Part shown: positions 18,522-29,000 of the stretch, in pieces | Layout of the letters: each line of letters starts with the position of its first letter | How positions within the stretch are numbered: the stretch's first letter is position 1 | DNA from: an uncultured bacterium | GTDB taxonomy: Bacteria; CAYUVA01 | Length of the DNA stretch: 43,607 nucleotides | NCBI GenBank assembly: GCA_964448115.1 | Contig: CAYUVA010000006.1 | Span: forward strand, 1-43,607 | Direction of reading: 5' to 3' | Notes under the pieces: model-generated | Seen by the model: only the letters and a program-made list of their open reading frames with translations | The model's database searches: none | Told to the model about the DNA's origin: nothing | Made by a program: the position numbers and the translations under genes

Positions 18522-19685
18522 TTATGCCTCCTTTGTCGCTTTGACCACCATCTCGGCAGCTTGTGCCATGTTGCCTGCCACCTGGAACTTCAGCGATGAG
18601 CCGTTTAAGAGTTGATTTGCTCTTTCATCATTAGTGCCGATCAGCCTTACCACCATTGGGCGATCCACCTTCATCTCCTCGGCGGCGGCGATGATCCCCT
18701 CGGCAACCATATCGCACTTTACGATGCCGCCAAAGATGTTGATCAGTATCGCCTTGACCTCTGGATCGCTAAGGATGATCTGGAATGCCTTGGCTACTCG
18801 CTCTTTTGTTGCACTGCCACCGATGTCGAGAAAGTTGGCTGGCTCCCCTCCATAGTACTTGATGATATCCATCGTTGCCATGGCTAGCCCGGCTCCGTTG
18901 ACCATGCAGCCGATGTTTCCGTCCATTTTAACATAGGAGAGGTCAGCCTGGGAAGCCTCCAGTTCGGTCGGCTCCTCCTCATCGACATCGCGCAGCTCCT
19001 CTATCTCAGGATGAAACGGCAGCCCGGAATCATCGAAGTTCATCTTGGCATCCAGGGCGATGATATCACCTTGCTCGGTCTCCACCAGCGGGTTTATCTC
19101 AGCTAGTGAGGCGTCCTTGTCCTCCATGAGTCTATAAAGGCTGGTGAAAAGCGAGGCTGCTTTCATCGCAGCCTTACCGCTAATATTTAGCCGGCAAGCG
19201 AGGCGGTACGCCTGGAAGGTGGGGAACCCGATTGTCGGGTCTATCCATTCCTTGATGATCAGCTCCGGCTTGGTGGCTGCGATCTGCTCGATCTCCATGC
19301 CGCCGGCTTCGCTACCCATGACGATAACCCTTTCGGAAGCCCTGTCGATGAGCATTCCGAGATATAGCTCTCGCTTGATCTCCAAGCCTTCCTCAACAAG
19401 AACCTTCTTTACCTTCCTGCCTTGCTCCCCGGTCTGCGGGGTAACCAGTTGCATGCCGATGATCTGCTTAGCATACTCATAAGCTTCTTGCGGTGTCTTG
19501 GCTAGCTTAACGCCGCCGCCTTTTCCTCTGCCCCCGGCGTGGATCTGAGCCTTGACCACTACCGTCTTGCCGAGTTCTTGGGCGAACTGGCGAGCAGCTT
19601 CGGGATGGTTGGTTACTATCCCTCTGGGAATGGGGACACCGTAGGCTTGCATGAGTTTCTTGGCTTGATACTCGTGGATCTTCAT
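18522..19685 (-). CDS. sucC: Succinate--CoA ligase subunit beta
   Basis: MKIHEYQAK start at 19685 with an AGGAG RBS. Motifs KAQIHAGGRGKGGGV, EINPL, NGAGLAMATMD and NIFGGI. Confidence 0.97.
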   Translation of the reverse strand: MKIHEYQAKKLMQAYGVPIPRGIVTNHPEAARQFAQELGKTVVVKAQIHAGGRGKGGGVKLAKTPQEAYEYAKQIIGMQLVTPQTGEQGRKVKKVLVEEGLEIKRELYLGMLIDRASERVIVMGSEAGGMEIEQIAATKPELIIKEWIDPTIGFPTFQAYRLACRLNISGKAAMKAASLFTSLYRLMEDKDASLAEINPLVETEQGDIIALDAKMNFDDSGLPFHPEIEELRDVDEEEPTELEASQADLSYVKMDGNIGCMVNGAGLAMATMDIIKYYGGEPANFLDIGGSATKERVAKAFQIILSDPEVKAILINIFGGIVKCDMVAEGIIAAAEEMKVDRPMVVRLIGTNDERANQLLNGSSLKFQVAGNMAQAAEMVVKATKEA

Positions 19686-19728
19686 TATCCGCTTTCTCCT
19701 TTTTAGTATATTCTGCAAGCATTATGAT

Positions 19729-20781
19729 TCATTTATCTGTTTGATTTGCCTGGTGTGCCTGTAGAAAACCATTTATCTTCCCGCCAATCCATCTAAATAC
19801 GGTGGACAGTCGAGTCATGGAAAGTATCCAGTGGCGATCGATGATGGACATTAAATACTTATCGCTCACAACCCTGTTTTGCTGGATGGCTCTCCTTTTT
19901 TCCAGGAATTTAGGCATACCTTTTATTGCGTGATACTGAGCCTTGATTATTGAGCTGAAATTCCCCTTTAGGGTACAGAAGATAAGAGCAATAAGCTGGT
20001 GCAGCATTATGTTATGAAGGTATCGCAAGATCAATCGACCAGGCATATTTTTAACTATTGTCCACACCTGGTTCCTGTACCCCAAGTAGATTGGGACGCT
20101 GACATCATCGCGGAAGGTCGCCCTGACTATATGATATACAATGGCGGTGGGGACATAGATGCACTTGAAGCCAGCCAGTTGCGCCCTGAAGCACAAGTCA
20201 ACATCCTCGTTGAAGGCGAAGAAGTCCTCATCGAAGTAGCCGATGCGCTCGAAAAGCTCAAATCTGAACATCGCAGCCCCTGCACAGGCTGAGAAAACGA
20301 ACTCCTTGACATTGAAGTTCTCGGAAGCGCTTTGCTTGTAGCCTCTTTTATAGGCGAATCCGGCGTTAGTGAAGGCATCGCCTGCCGTGTCAATCGTGTC
20401 CCTTTGGTTGAAAAAGAGCATCTTGGAGGCTGCAATAGCTGCCTGTGGCTCCTGTTCTAGCGCCTGGTAAAGCTCGAAAAGCCAGTCTTGTTCAACCTCG
20501 GTGTCGTTGTTCAGTGTAGCAATAAAGCTGCCGCTGGCGTTCATTATGCCGATGTTGATCGACTTGGAGAAGCCGATGTTTTCCTCGTTGCGGATAACCT
20601 CCACCCCCGGATAATTTTCCCTGACGAACTCAGCGGAGCCGTCTGTGGAGCAATCATCGACCAGGATCACCTCGAAGCGCACCTTTTTTTGTGCCAGCAC
20701 CGAATCAAGGCAGGTGGCTAACAGGTGCCTGCCGTTATAGTTCGGTATAACAACGCTAATGATATCTTGATTATTGCGCAT
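19729..20781 (-). CDS. Glycosyltransferase family 2
   Basis: Motifs SVVIPNYNG, VDDCSTDGS, N.GF....N.G, LNNDT and FDEDFFAFNEDVDLCFR. Confidence 0.93.
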   Translation of the reverse strand: MRNNQDIISVVIPNYNGRHLLATCLDSVLAQKKVRFEVILVDDCSTDGSAEFVRENYPGVEVIRNEENIGFSKSINIGIMNASGSFIATLNNDTEVEQDWLFELYQALEQEPQAAIAASKMLFFNQRDTIDTAGDAFTNAGFAYKRGYKQSASENFNVKEFVFSACAGAAMFRFELFERIGYFDEDFFAFNEDVDLCFRAQLAGFKCIYVPTAIVYHIVRATFRDDVSVPIYLGYRNQVWTIVKNMPGRLILRYLHNIMLHQLIALIFCTLKGNFSSIIKAQYHAIKGMPKFLEKRRAIQQNRVVSDKYLMSIIDRHWILSMTRLSTVFRWIGGKINGFLQAHQANQTDK

Positions 20782-20799
20782 CTATCGTCTTTCCGAATA

Positions 20800-22248
20800 C
20801 TAGTACGCTCCCTTGCCGAATGCAACCACGAATATGGTCTTGAGCAGGATCTTGAAATCCAATAAGAGCGACTGGTTGCGAACATAGTAAAGATCGTACT
20901 CGATGTTCTCCTGCAAGGGGATATCGCTCCTTCCGTGCACCTGCCACATGCCAGTTAGCCCCGGCTTGACCTTGAGCCGCTTCTTCTCCCACTCCTTATA
21001 CTTTTCCACCCAGAAGGGCATCTCCGGTCTCGGTCCCACCATGCTCATCTCACCTTTAAGTACATTGATCAGTTGTGGAAGCTCATCAACGCTCCACTTG
21101 CGCAAGATCCTGCCCAGTGGTGTTATCCGCTTATCGACCAGGTTGTTCGGCGCCACCGCGTACTCCGGCGTATCCTTGTACATGGAGCGGAACTTGTAGA
21201 TGCGTATAGGCTTCCCATCCTTGCCGATGCGCGTTTGCCTGAAGAAGACAGGTCCCTTTGAGGTGATCTTGATAAGTATAGCAACCAAAATGGATACAGG
21301 CAGGGTGATAAGGATCAGCAATGAGGCTAACACTATGTCGATCAAGCGCTTGATAGCCATTTGCCAACCGCTTACTTTGCCCTCTTTCAGCTCGATTATC
21401 GGTATCCCGTCATAGACGAGTAATCCGGGGGCGCGGCGGGTGAGCATCTCGAAGAGGCTGCCAGCTATCTTGATGCGGACATTCATATCATCGCAATCGC
21501 TAACGATATCCATCACCCGATCATGGTGCATCTCCGGGTCGCAGATGAAGACCTCATGCACCTGGTTGCGATAGATGATCTCCCTGACATCAGATGTCTT
21601 ACCCAGGTTTGGAGCCAAGCCCTGCATTGCTTTTTCGCGTTCTCCAGTCCGCAATTTATCATCCAGAACCCCAATGATGGTATATCCCAATCCAGGGTCG
21701 CTTATTATATCCTTATAGACGAGTCTAGCGAGGCGACCGCTACCAATGATGATCATACGACGGTTGTTAAACCCCTTGGCGCGCAGCTTCCTGGCAATCG
21801 TATGAATCAATATCCTTAACAGGGCAGTAAGTATGAAATCGAATATTATGAAAAAGATCATTACCAGCCGTGAGAAGCTGAATACGCGATAAAAGAATGT
21901 AATACCCAGAAGCACGAAGAACCCAACCGATACGGCTCTGAACAGGTTGTAGTAAGCATTGGCTCGCTGCCGGTATCTCTGCTCCTCGTAAAGTCCAAAG
22001 TATGCGAAGATAAATAGCCAGGCCGGTATCAGCCATAAGGAAAGCATCAGGTAGGCTTTCGGGTCTGTCGCCCCGCTGAAGGGAAGCTCGCGGAGACGAA
22101 ATAACTTCGTATCCGGCAGCGTCTCGAAAAGCCCGGATCCGAAACGAATCCAGTATGCAATAGCCATGGAAGACAGCAAGGCTATAAGGTCGCTTGATAC
22201 AAGCAAAGCGATGATGAAATACTTGAACCTGGGGATATTCTTAAACAT
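20800..22248 (-). CDS. Polyprenyl-phosphate glycosylphosphotransferase (WcaJ/WbaP-type initiating sugar transferase)
   Basis: Four N-terminal TM helices and a CoA-binding-like IIGSG domain. Motifs KRLIDI, YKFRSM, DELPQLINVLKGEMSMVGPRP, KPGLTGMWQV and DLYY. Confidence 0.95.
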   Translation of the reverse strand: MFKNIPRFKYFIIALLVSSDLIALLSSMAIAYWIRFGSGLFETLPDTKLFRLRELPFSGATDPKAYLMLSLWLIPAWLFIFAYFGLYEEQRYRQRANAYYNLFRAVSVGFFVLLGITFFYRVFSFSRLVMIFFIIFDFILTALLRILIHTIARKLRAKGFNNRRMIIIGSGRLARLVYKDIISDPGLGYTIIGVLDDKLRTGEREKAMQGLAPNLGKTSDVREIIYRNQVHEVFICDPEMHHDRVMDIVSDCDDMNVRIKIAGSLFEMLTRRAPGLLVYDGIPIIELKEGKVSGWQMAIKRLIDIVLASLLILITLPVSILVAILIKITSKGPVFFRQTRIGKDGKPIRIYKFRSMYKDTPEYAVAPNNLVDKRITPLGRILRKWSVDELPQLINVLKGEMSMVGPRPEMPFWVEKYKEWEKKRLKVKPGLTGMWQVHGRSDIPLQENIEYDLYYVRNQSLLLDFKILLKTIFVVAFGKGAY

Positions 22249-23701
22249 CGCTGCCTCTTATCAGATATCGTACCAGTTTTTTTGCAGCCCTCAGGTTGCG
22301 TCGAAGCTCATTCGGAGACCTGATAACCTGCCATCCTTTGTATATCAAGTATGCGGGGCGAAGATAGAAGCATCGCCGAGCATAATCGCACCACTGTACC
22401 AGATCCCTGGCGCTTAGGGCTTCGGTATTGACCACGCTGTTGTGCAGACCGCCTTTGGTTACCCACTTGGAAAAATCGGTGGTAGATAGATAACCGCGCT
22501 CTTCATACCAGCGATAAGCCTCGGTGCCAGGATAGACCATTATGGGGAAAAATTGAGCGGTGTCCGGCTTCAATCTCAGCGCAAGTTGCAATGTCTGCTG
22601 CAGGGTTTCTCTTGTCTCTCCAGGCAATCCAGCCATGAAACAGCCGTGGATCATTATGCCCGCACTCTTGGCTCTTTTAGCAAAGCTCTCCATCATTTCG
22701 AGCGTTGTGCCCTTGTTCACATTGTCGAGCAGTTGCTGGTTGCCAGACTCGAAGCCGACACATAATAGGCGACAACCGGCTCGTTTCATCACCTCAAGGG
22801 ACTCCAGGTCCATATCGATGCGGGCATTGGCAGTCCAGGGGATTCCTATCTTCTCTTGCATGATCAAGCGACAGGTCTGGTGAAGCCAATCCCTGTCGGC
22901 GGTTAAGGTGTCATCCTCGAAGAAGATCGACTTTACTCCGCTGAAGTTCTCCTTTATGTAAGCCATCTCGGCGACCACATTTTGCGAGCTGCGCAAGCGG
23001 AGCCGCCTGCCGGTCATGGTCTGGGGATACAAGCAGAAGGTGCACCTGTTCGGACATCCACGTCCGCTCATGATGGTAACCATCGGATAGAGCGCGTTGG
23101 GATTGAAATAATCGTACATGTCCAAGAAGCGCTTGTAGGTAACAGAAACCATAGGCAGGCTGTCCAGATCCTCGATCAATCCTCTCGGCTTGCTCCTTTG
23201 AAGATTTCTCCCCTCCCGATAACAGAGTCCGGGAACCATTGACCAGTCCGACTCATTTCCCTTATCGCGCAGCATCCGTGCCACATCCCTGACCGTGTGG
23301 TCGTACTCGCCGATGGCGATAAGGTCGATGCTTAAAGAGGACTGCATGGTATCTTCAGGCAGTGCGCTGGCATGCGTTCCCACAAGCATAACCGTGCATT
23401 CAGGCAGCCAGCTCTTGATTGTCTTCGCCACAGCGATATCGTTGTAGATGCTCGGGGTTGAGGTGTCGAGCACGACCAGGCGGGGATCAAAACCAACAAT
23501 CCGTTCCCTTAGCTGCTCTAGGCTCTTACCGCTTGCAGGGGCATCGATCAGGTCCACCTCAAAGCCATCCTCAATCAGCACGCCGGCGGCGTGTGCCAGC
23601 CAGGCAGGCCAGTAGAGGGTCCCGGACTTGGTAACCGCCGGGCTGCGCTGCGACCTCGAGTAGCGCGGGTGAAACGGAGGATTTAGAAATAATACTCGCA
23701 T
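22241..23701 (-). CDS. Cobalamin-binding radical SAM protein (HpnJ-like)
   Basis: LNPP...YWPAWLA B12-binding region with TSTPS, VGTH and GEYD; SGRGCPNRCTFC; FEDDT; GFESG; GLPGET; YPGT. Confidence 0.92.
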   Translation of the reverse strand: MRVLFLNPPFHPRYSRSQRSPAVTKSGTLYWPAWLAHAAGVLIEDGFEVDLIDAPASGKSLEQLRERIVGFDPRLVVLDTSTPSIYNDIAVAKTIKSWLPECTVMLVGTHASALPEDTMQSSLSIDLIAIGEYDHTVRDVARMLRDKGNESDWSMVPGLCYREGRNLQRSKPRGLIEDLDSLPMVSVTYKRFLDMYDYFNPNALYPMVTIMSGRGCPNRCTFCLYPQTMTGRRLRLRSSQNVVAEMAYIKENFSGVKSIFFEDDTLTADRDWLHQTCRLIMQEKIGIPWTANARIDMDLESLEVMKRAGCRLLCVGFESGNQQLLDNVNKGTTLEMMESFAKRAKSAGIMIHGCFMAGLPGETRETLQQTLQLALRLKPDTAQFFPIMVYPGTEAYRWYEERGYLSTTDFSKWVTKGGLHNSVVNTEALSARDLVQWCDYARRCFYLRPAYLIYKGWQVIRSPNELRRNLRAAKKLVRYLIRGSDV

Positions 23702-23797
23702 ATATCAAAGCCTGGTAATGCACTAGAAAATTTGTGCTAAAACCGATAATACATTAGGATATCGGCTAAAAAAATCAAACTAACCTATTGTACGGTT

Positions 23798-25996
23798 ATG
23801 GGCAAGGGCAAGTTCAATACGCATAAAAAGATCCTGATCCCTGATGCCAGCAATGCCGATGATATATGCCTGCTGACTCAAGCTTTGCGAGATTTATATC
23901 CTGATCGTGAGATCTATGGCATTACAGATCCTTTACAGGCTCCATTGTTCATTGAAAAAGGTATCCTGGATAAGGCATATCCCAAACCTCCAAGCTTTCT
24001 TAAGCTTAAACCTTTCTCCAGCTATTTACGAGAACTTCGCAACCGAAATTTCGATGCGATCGCCTTCAGTGCTAACAGCGGCTTAAGCCCGATTAAATAT
24101 AGTCTAATACTATCTGCCGATGCTAGGGAGCTTTTGGTTCTAAGTCGTAGCCGCTGGCATCGCTATAAACCTGGCATTGGATGCCTGGCAATTCTAAGCA
24201 AATCGCATCTGCCGGGAATTTTGTTATCATTGATCTCAGTAATACTCTTCATCTTTCTGCTAGTAGCTTTGGGCGGCGTGGAGATTATCATCGCCTTGAG
24301 AAGGAAAAGCTTTAGCCAAAGCCCAGTACCCCAAATACCGCCACCTAGCGTAGATTGTATAGGCTCAATAAGTTTCGTGATCCCAAACTATAATGGCATA
24401 TCAACCGGTGTCATCGAGCGCTGCCTCAAGAGCCTTCGACAAGCAGATGGTGTTTTGAAAGCAGACAATGAGATCATCGTTGTTGACGATGCCAGCACCG
24501 ATAATAGCGTTGGGTTCATCAGAAGAACCTATCCAGGTGTGAGGCTTATACTCAACGAGGTCAATCAAGGTTATCTTTTATCTGCTGATCGCGGAATAAG
24601 GGCGGCAAAGGGCGAGGTCATTGTGCTTCTGAATAGCGATTGCCTGGTCGAAAAAGGCTTCCTTGCCCCGCTTGTTGAAACACTTTTTAACCATCAATAT
24701 GTAGGCTTTGCCTCGCCAATTCTGCTCGATCAAGATGGTAAGCGTTTACAATGGGGGGTATCATTTGGCCATCTAGCAAATGGCAGGTTCTATACCTGGA
24801 ATCAAGCAGAGGTGCCGGGACTGGACTTCATCAGCTCGATAAATAACTATACTATCTATTGTATTGGCGGTGCATTAGCATTCAAGAAAGAGCTATACAC
24901 AACATTGGGTGGTTTCTGGAAGGCATATTCACCAGGCACCTGGGAGGACATCGACCTTTGTTACAGCGCATGGAAGGCTGGTTACGAATCGGTTGTCGTA
25001 CCTGCCTCCAGAGCGATACACCTGCATCATGAAACCATTGTCAAAACAAGCAAGACAAGGGAATATGCTGATACACATAATAGGAATAGTTATCTTTTCA
25101 CCTGGAGAAACCTGTCATATAAAACATTGATCAAAAAAGTGCTCCCTCAGAGCATCAAAGCCTTGTTCATCGCCGGATTACGAGGGGAGCTAAGTCATCT
25201 CTACGCCTTCTTTAACGCTTACCAAAGGACGCCGCAATTATTGTATAAAAGAAACCGCTATTATCCCTTATATTCCAATGAGGATAAAGATATTATGTCT
25301 ATGATCAAGGATGAATTCTCTCTCTCCCAGGCAAAGGATTATATTCAGAATCATCGTTTGCGGGTGCTTGCATTATCATATAAACCAAAAAAGTTTACTT
25401 TTAGGCTACTGGATGAGCTTGCCAGCCATTGCGATGTTGAGCTGATCGCAATCATCGATGATGATTCCGAGCCGATAAAAAGCGACAGGTTCAAGACCCA
25501 TCTATTGAAGGAATCGATTATCCACCCTCCTGAGCGAACGAAGTGGTACATGCCTTTTTATGCCAGGTCGCTTCTTGCAGAGGAGGTCGCTTTGCTAATC
25601 GATTATATCCGAGAGAAGAAGGGTATCGACCTGTTTTTTTGCGACTCCGTAATCAGCGCTTCTGCGATCTTGCATAGAAAAGATATTCCATCTTTTACTA
25701 TTAACGATATTCGTGAAATAACCTTCGATGCCTGGTTCGAGGGTAGTATTCCTGTAAAAAGTTCTTTATTGGATCATTATCGATATGCTATATTTGTGAA
25801 CAAAGTTGTCAACAATTCCTCAAATTTTAGTTATTTTCAGATACAGCCTGATGACAATAGCAGTTATTATTCTGATATTTTAGTATTGAAGGATTGGATG
25901 GAGATGCCAGAGTTCGCAAGCCGGATTGCTCAACTAATTGCTTGCACATTAATTGAACATAAGAATCATAAGCTCTGGGGTGGAATCTTCGTTTGA
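23798..25996 (+). CDS. Multidomain glycosyltransferase: N-terminal GT9-like fragment, TM helix, GT2 core, C-terminal GT4-N-like segment
   Basis: The GT2 core is clear (SFVIPNYNG, VVDDASTDNS, LLNSD, WEDIDLCYSAW). The flanking domains are assigned only on weak resemblance. Confidence 0.8.
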   Translation: MGKGKFNTHKKILIPDASNADDICLLTQALRDLYPDREIYGITDPLQAPLFIEKGILDKAYPKPPSFLKLKPFSSYLRELRNRNFDAIAFSANSGLSPIKYSLILSADARELLVLSRSRWHRYKPGIGCLAILSKSHLPGILLSLISVILFIFLLVALGGVEIIIALRRKSFSQSPVPQIPPPSVDCIGSISFVIPNYNGISTGVIERCLKSLRQADGVLKADNEIIVVDDASTDNSVGFIRRTYPGVRLILNEVNQGYLLSADRGIRAAKGEVIVLLNSDCLVEKGFLAPLVETLFNHQYVGFASPILLDQDGKRLQWGVSFGHLANGRFYTWNQAEVPGLDFISSINNYTIYCIGGALAFKKELYTTLGGFWKAYSPGTWEDIDLCYSAWKAGYESVVVPASRAIHLHHETIVKTSKTREYADTHNRNSYLFTWRNLSYKTLIKKVLPQSIKALFIAGLRGELSHLYAFFNAYQRTPQLLYKRNRYYPLYSNEDKDIMSMIKDEFSLSQAKDYIQNHRLRVLALSYKPKKFTFRLLDELASHCDVELIAIIDDDSEPIKSDRFKTHLLKESIIHPPERTKWYMPFYARSLLAEEVALLIDYIREKKGIDLFFCDSVISASAILHRKDIPSFTINDIREITFDAWFEGSIPVKSSLLDHYRYAIFVNKVVNNSSNFSYFQIQPDDNSSYYSDILVLKDWMEMPEFASRIAQLIACTLIEHKNHKLWGGIFV

Positions 25997-26029
25997 TTAT
26001 TTCAAGGCAGCATTGCTCGCGGTTATACG

Positions 26030-29000
26030 CTACTCAATCTCCCAGGTTCTTCTGAACGAGGAAGCCTCCACATCATTAAAGTAGATCCATACCTCTCCAG
26101 CTTGCCCTGATGTCATGCCGGTCAGCTTTGACCATACCTCCACCTGGTCGTAGTTCTGGTTGAAGATATCGCTTGCGCTGTTATAGAACTCCAGGTTGCC
26201 GCCGACATAAAGATACCACTCCCACTTTATCTTATCACCTACCCTTACATTTACCAGACCGACGGTCGATTGTACTTCGCCATAGGCGGGATAGCTAACC
26301 TCATGGTACTGGACATTGCCAGTAATTATTATGTTTATGCTTATGCTGTCCGTATCGGTAGCGCCCTCGCTATCAGTGCCGGTGAGCGTGATTATGTGTG
26401 TATTGGCAGAAAGGCTGCTGGTCGAGAAGCTGGTTCCACTGCCGATCTCCCCATCGATATTGGAGCGCCAGACCAGCGAATCGCCGCTCAAGGCACCATC
26501 TTCAGCATCGTTCCCCTCGCCGATGAAGGTGATGTCCTGTCCATACTCGAAGGTAGCGCCATCGTTCGGCTGTAGTATATTGACCGTCGGGGGAGTGTTG
26601 GGAGTGTCGGTTACGGTGATGATCAGTGAGTCTGTATCGCTTCGTTGTGTGCTGTCGGTAACGGTAAGAACCGCATTGAAGCTGCCAGTGCTCGTATAGG
26701 TATGTTGCGGATTCTGCTGTGTACTTGTCGCCGATCCGTCGCCGAAGTTCCATGAGTATGAGTATGGCGGAGTACCACCTGATGCAGAGCCGTAAAACTG
26801 CACGGTCAAAGGAACCTGCCCGGAGGTCGGATCTGCACTGGCACTAGCAACCGGATCCTGTGGCGAGGGAGTTCCCACGGTGATTGCCACCCAATCAGAC
26901 CCTTGCGCTCCCTGGCTATCGATAACCTGGAGGGTAATTACATGATCCCCATCCGATAGATATTTATACAACTCGTTGCCGTTGCCCAGGAATCCATCAA
27001 GGCTGGATGTCCAGGAGAGGTTGCTCGGCGGTAGGTTTCCATCTTCAGGATCGACTCCATATCCAGCAATGCGCACCTGGCTTCCGCTATCAAATATCTC
27101 TCCATCGTTGGGGGATGTTATATATGCCGATGGTCGCCTGTTCTCGCCACCTTCGAGGATAGACAGGTAAGGCCAGAGCTGGCTCGTATTGCCAGCGCTA
27201 TCTATGGCTTGAAGTTCAAGCAGGATGCTCTGCGGTTGTATCCCAGGAGCTATGCCCTGAACAAAAAGCGTATAGAAGCCATCCCCGGCTGCGAAATCTC
27301 CATTGGTTCCGTTATCGTAAAGATAAACGCCGGTCGGCATTCCCTGAAGGAATACCTGCACCCAACGGATATCTTGCACACCCTGTGGATCTGTTACCCA
27401 TGCGACCAGATAGAAGGAGCCGCCGGATTGTTGGCTGATATGGGTGGTCATATAGCCAGCGAGCTTTATAATCGGTGCGTAAGGATTATATGTCCCCTTA
27501 GTTGTCCGCGCAGCCTCTGTCTCCCAGCTCGGAACCGCCGGCTCAAGAGATGTAGCCAAGCTCTCTACCTGGCTGCCTTGACCTTGCGCGGACTGGAATA
27601 TAGTCAGATATGGCCATTCGGCACTTCGATTAGCCACCAGGTCAGAAGCCTGCAAGGTGAGCAATATATCCATTGGAGGCACGCCAGGCGGGATGTTCGC
27701 CTGGAAAGTATAGATCATATCATTGGCAACCGCATCGCCACCTTGACCATCATCGCGCAGGAATATACCAGTGGAAGTCTGATCGTAAAAAAGCTCCAAG
27801 GACTGGATACGGCTAGTCGGTGGCGAGTCATAGGCAACCGCACAAAGCTGAAGCAGCCCCCCCTGTTGGGTGGTAATAACCGTGTCCATGTATCCGGCAG
27901 CCAAGATAAACGGCAATTCCGCATCCTGTATGCTGCTCTCCACATTGGAATAGGGGCTTTCCCCGGCAAGATTCCTCGCCTTGACGCGATAGAAGTACTC
28001 CACACCGCTCTCAAGCCCGTCAAACTTGTACCCGGTTGAACTTATCCAGTTGCTTTGCTTGTATATTGACTGGAAGTAATCCCTGCTGCACTGCGCAAGG
28101 TACTGCACCTGGTCTTGAGGACCAACGCTTATCCAGGTGATCAGGTTGGAGATCCCCTTGGTGAAGGGGGGTTCTGGATCAAGGTATGGTGGAGACGGAG
28201 GCTCATCAGGGACATAACTCGGCGTTACTGTCGGCGTGCTGGTCGGGGTTCTACTAGCTTGCCCGGTAAAGGTCGGTGTGTGGGTCGGTGTGCTGGATGG
28301 GATGGGGGATATGGTCGGCGTGCTGGTCGGAGTCTCTGTATAGGGAACGAATCCAGTCGGTGATGCGGTCGGAGTGGCTGTATCCGGGATATACCAGGTC
28401 GGGGTTAGGGTCGGTGTGCTGGTCGGTGTCGAGGTATGCTCGGCAGGTGAGATGTTAACATTGTAAACATCGCTGGCGGCGGACTGCTGGTTCGAGTTAC
28501 GAATCTTGAATCGTATCTTGTTTTGATCCGGCGAGTATTGATTAAAGGGAACCGCTGCCTCGGTGATGGTCTGAGGGTTGGTTGTGCCAGGAAAGCCGGT
28601 ACAGTTATCCGCCTTCTTCCACACATAATTGACCACCACATTATCGAAATATGCCAAGCGGCTTTGTATCTCCGCGGATTCCTCAAACATGATAAATCCA
28701 CATTTGCCGTAGTTATGTATCTCATCCGTGGTCTCGATAAGCAGGGCTTCATCAACAAAACACCTGATACTCCTGCCATTTATCTCTACCTTCAGGTGAT
28801 ACCAGGTATCCTCAGTAATCTCTACCGAAGCAGAGGAAAGTTCCTCCTTAATCCCATTGTGCATGCGAGATAGGTAGCAGTAGTTAGTGCGGTCTCTGAT
28901 ATAAAAATAGTAATAATTCTGGGCATTAGTATATCTGAAGACCACCCCATGGGGAGCGCTATCATCCTGGTAGGCAATGCCCTTAACATCTGCCTCGAAG

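Noticed and set aside
22241-23701. Hopanoid (hpnJ) or RiPP biosynthetic cluster
   Set aside because: No other hpn genes or precursor peptide are visible, and the context is glycosyltransferases.
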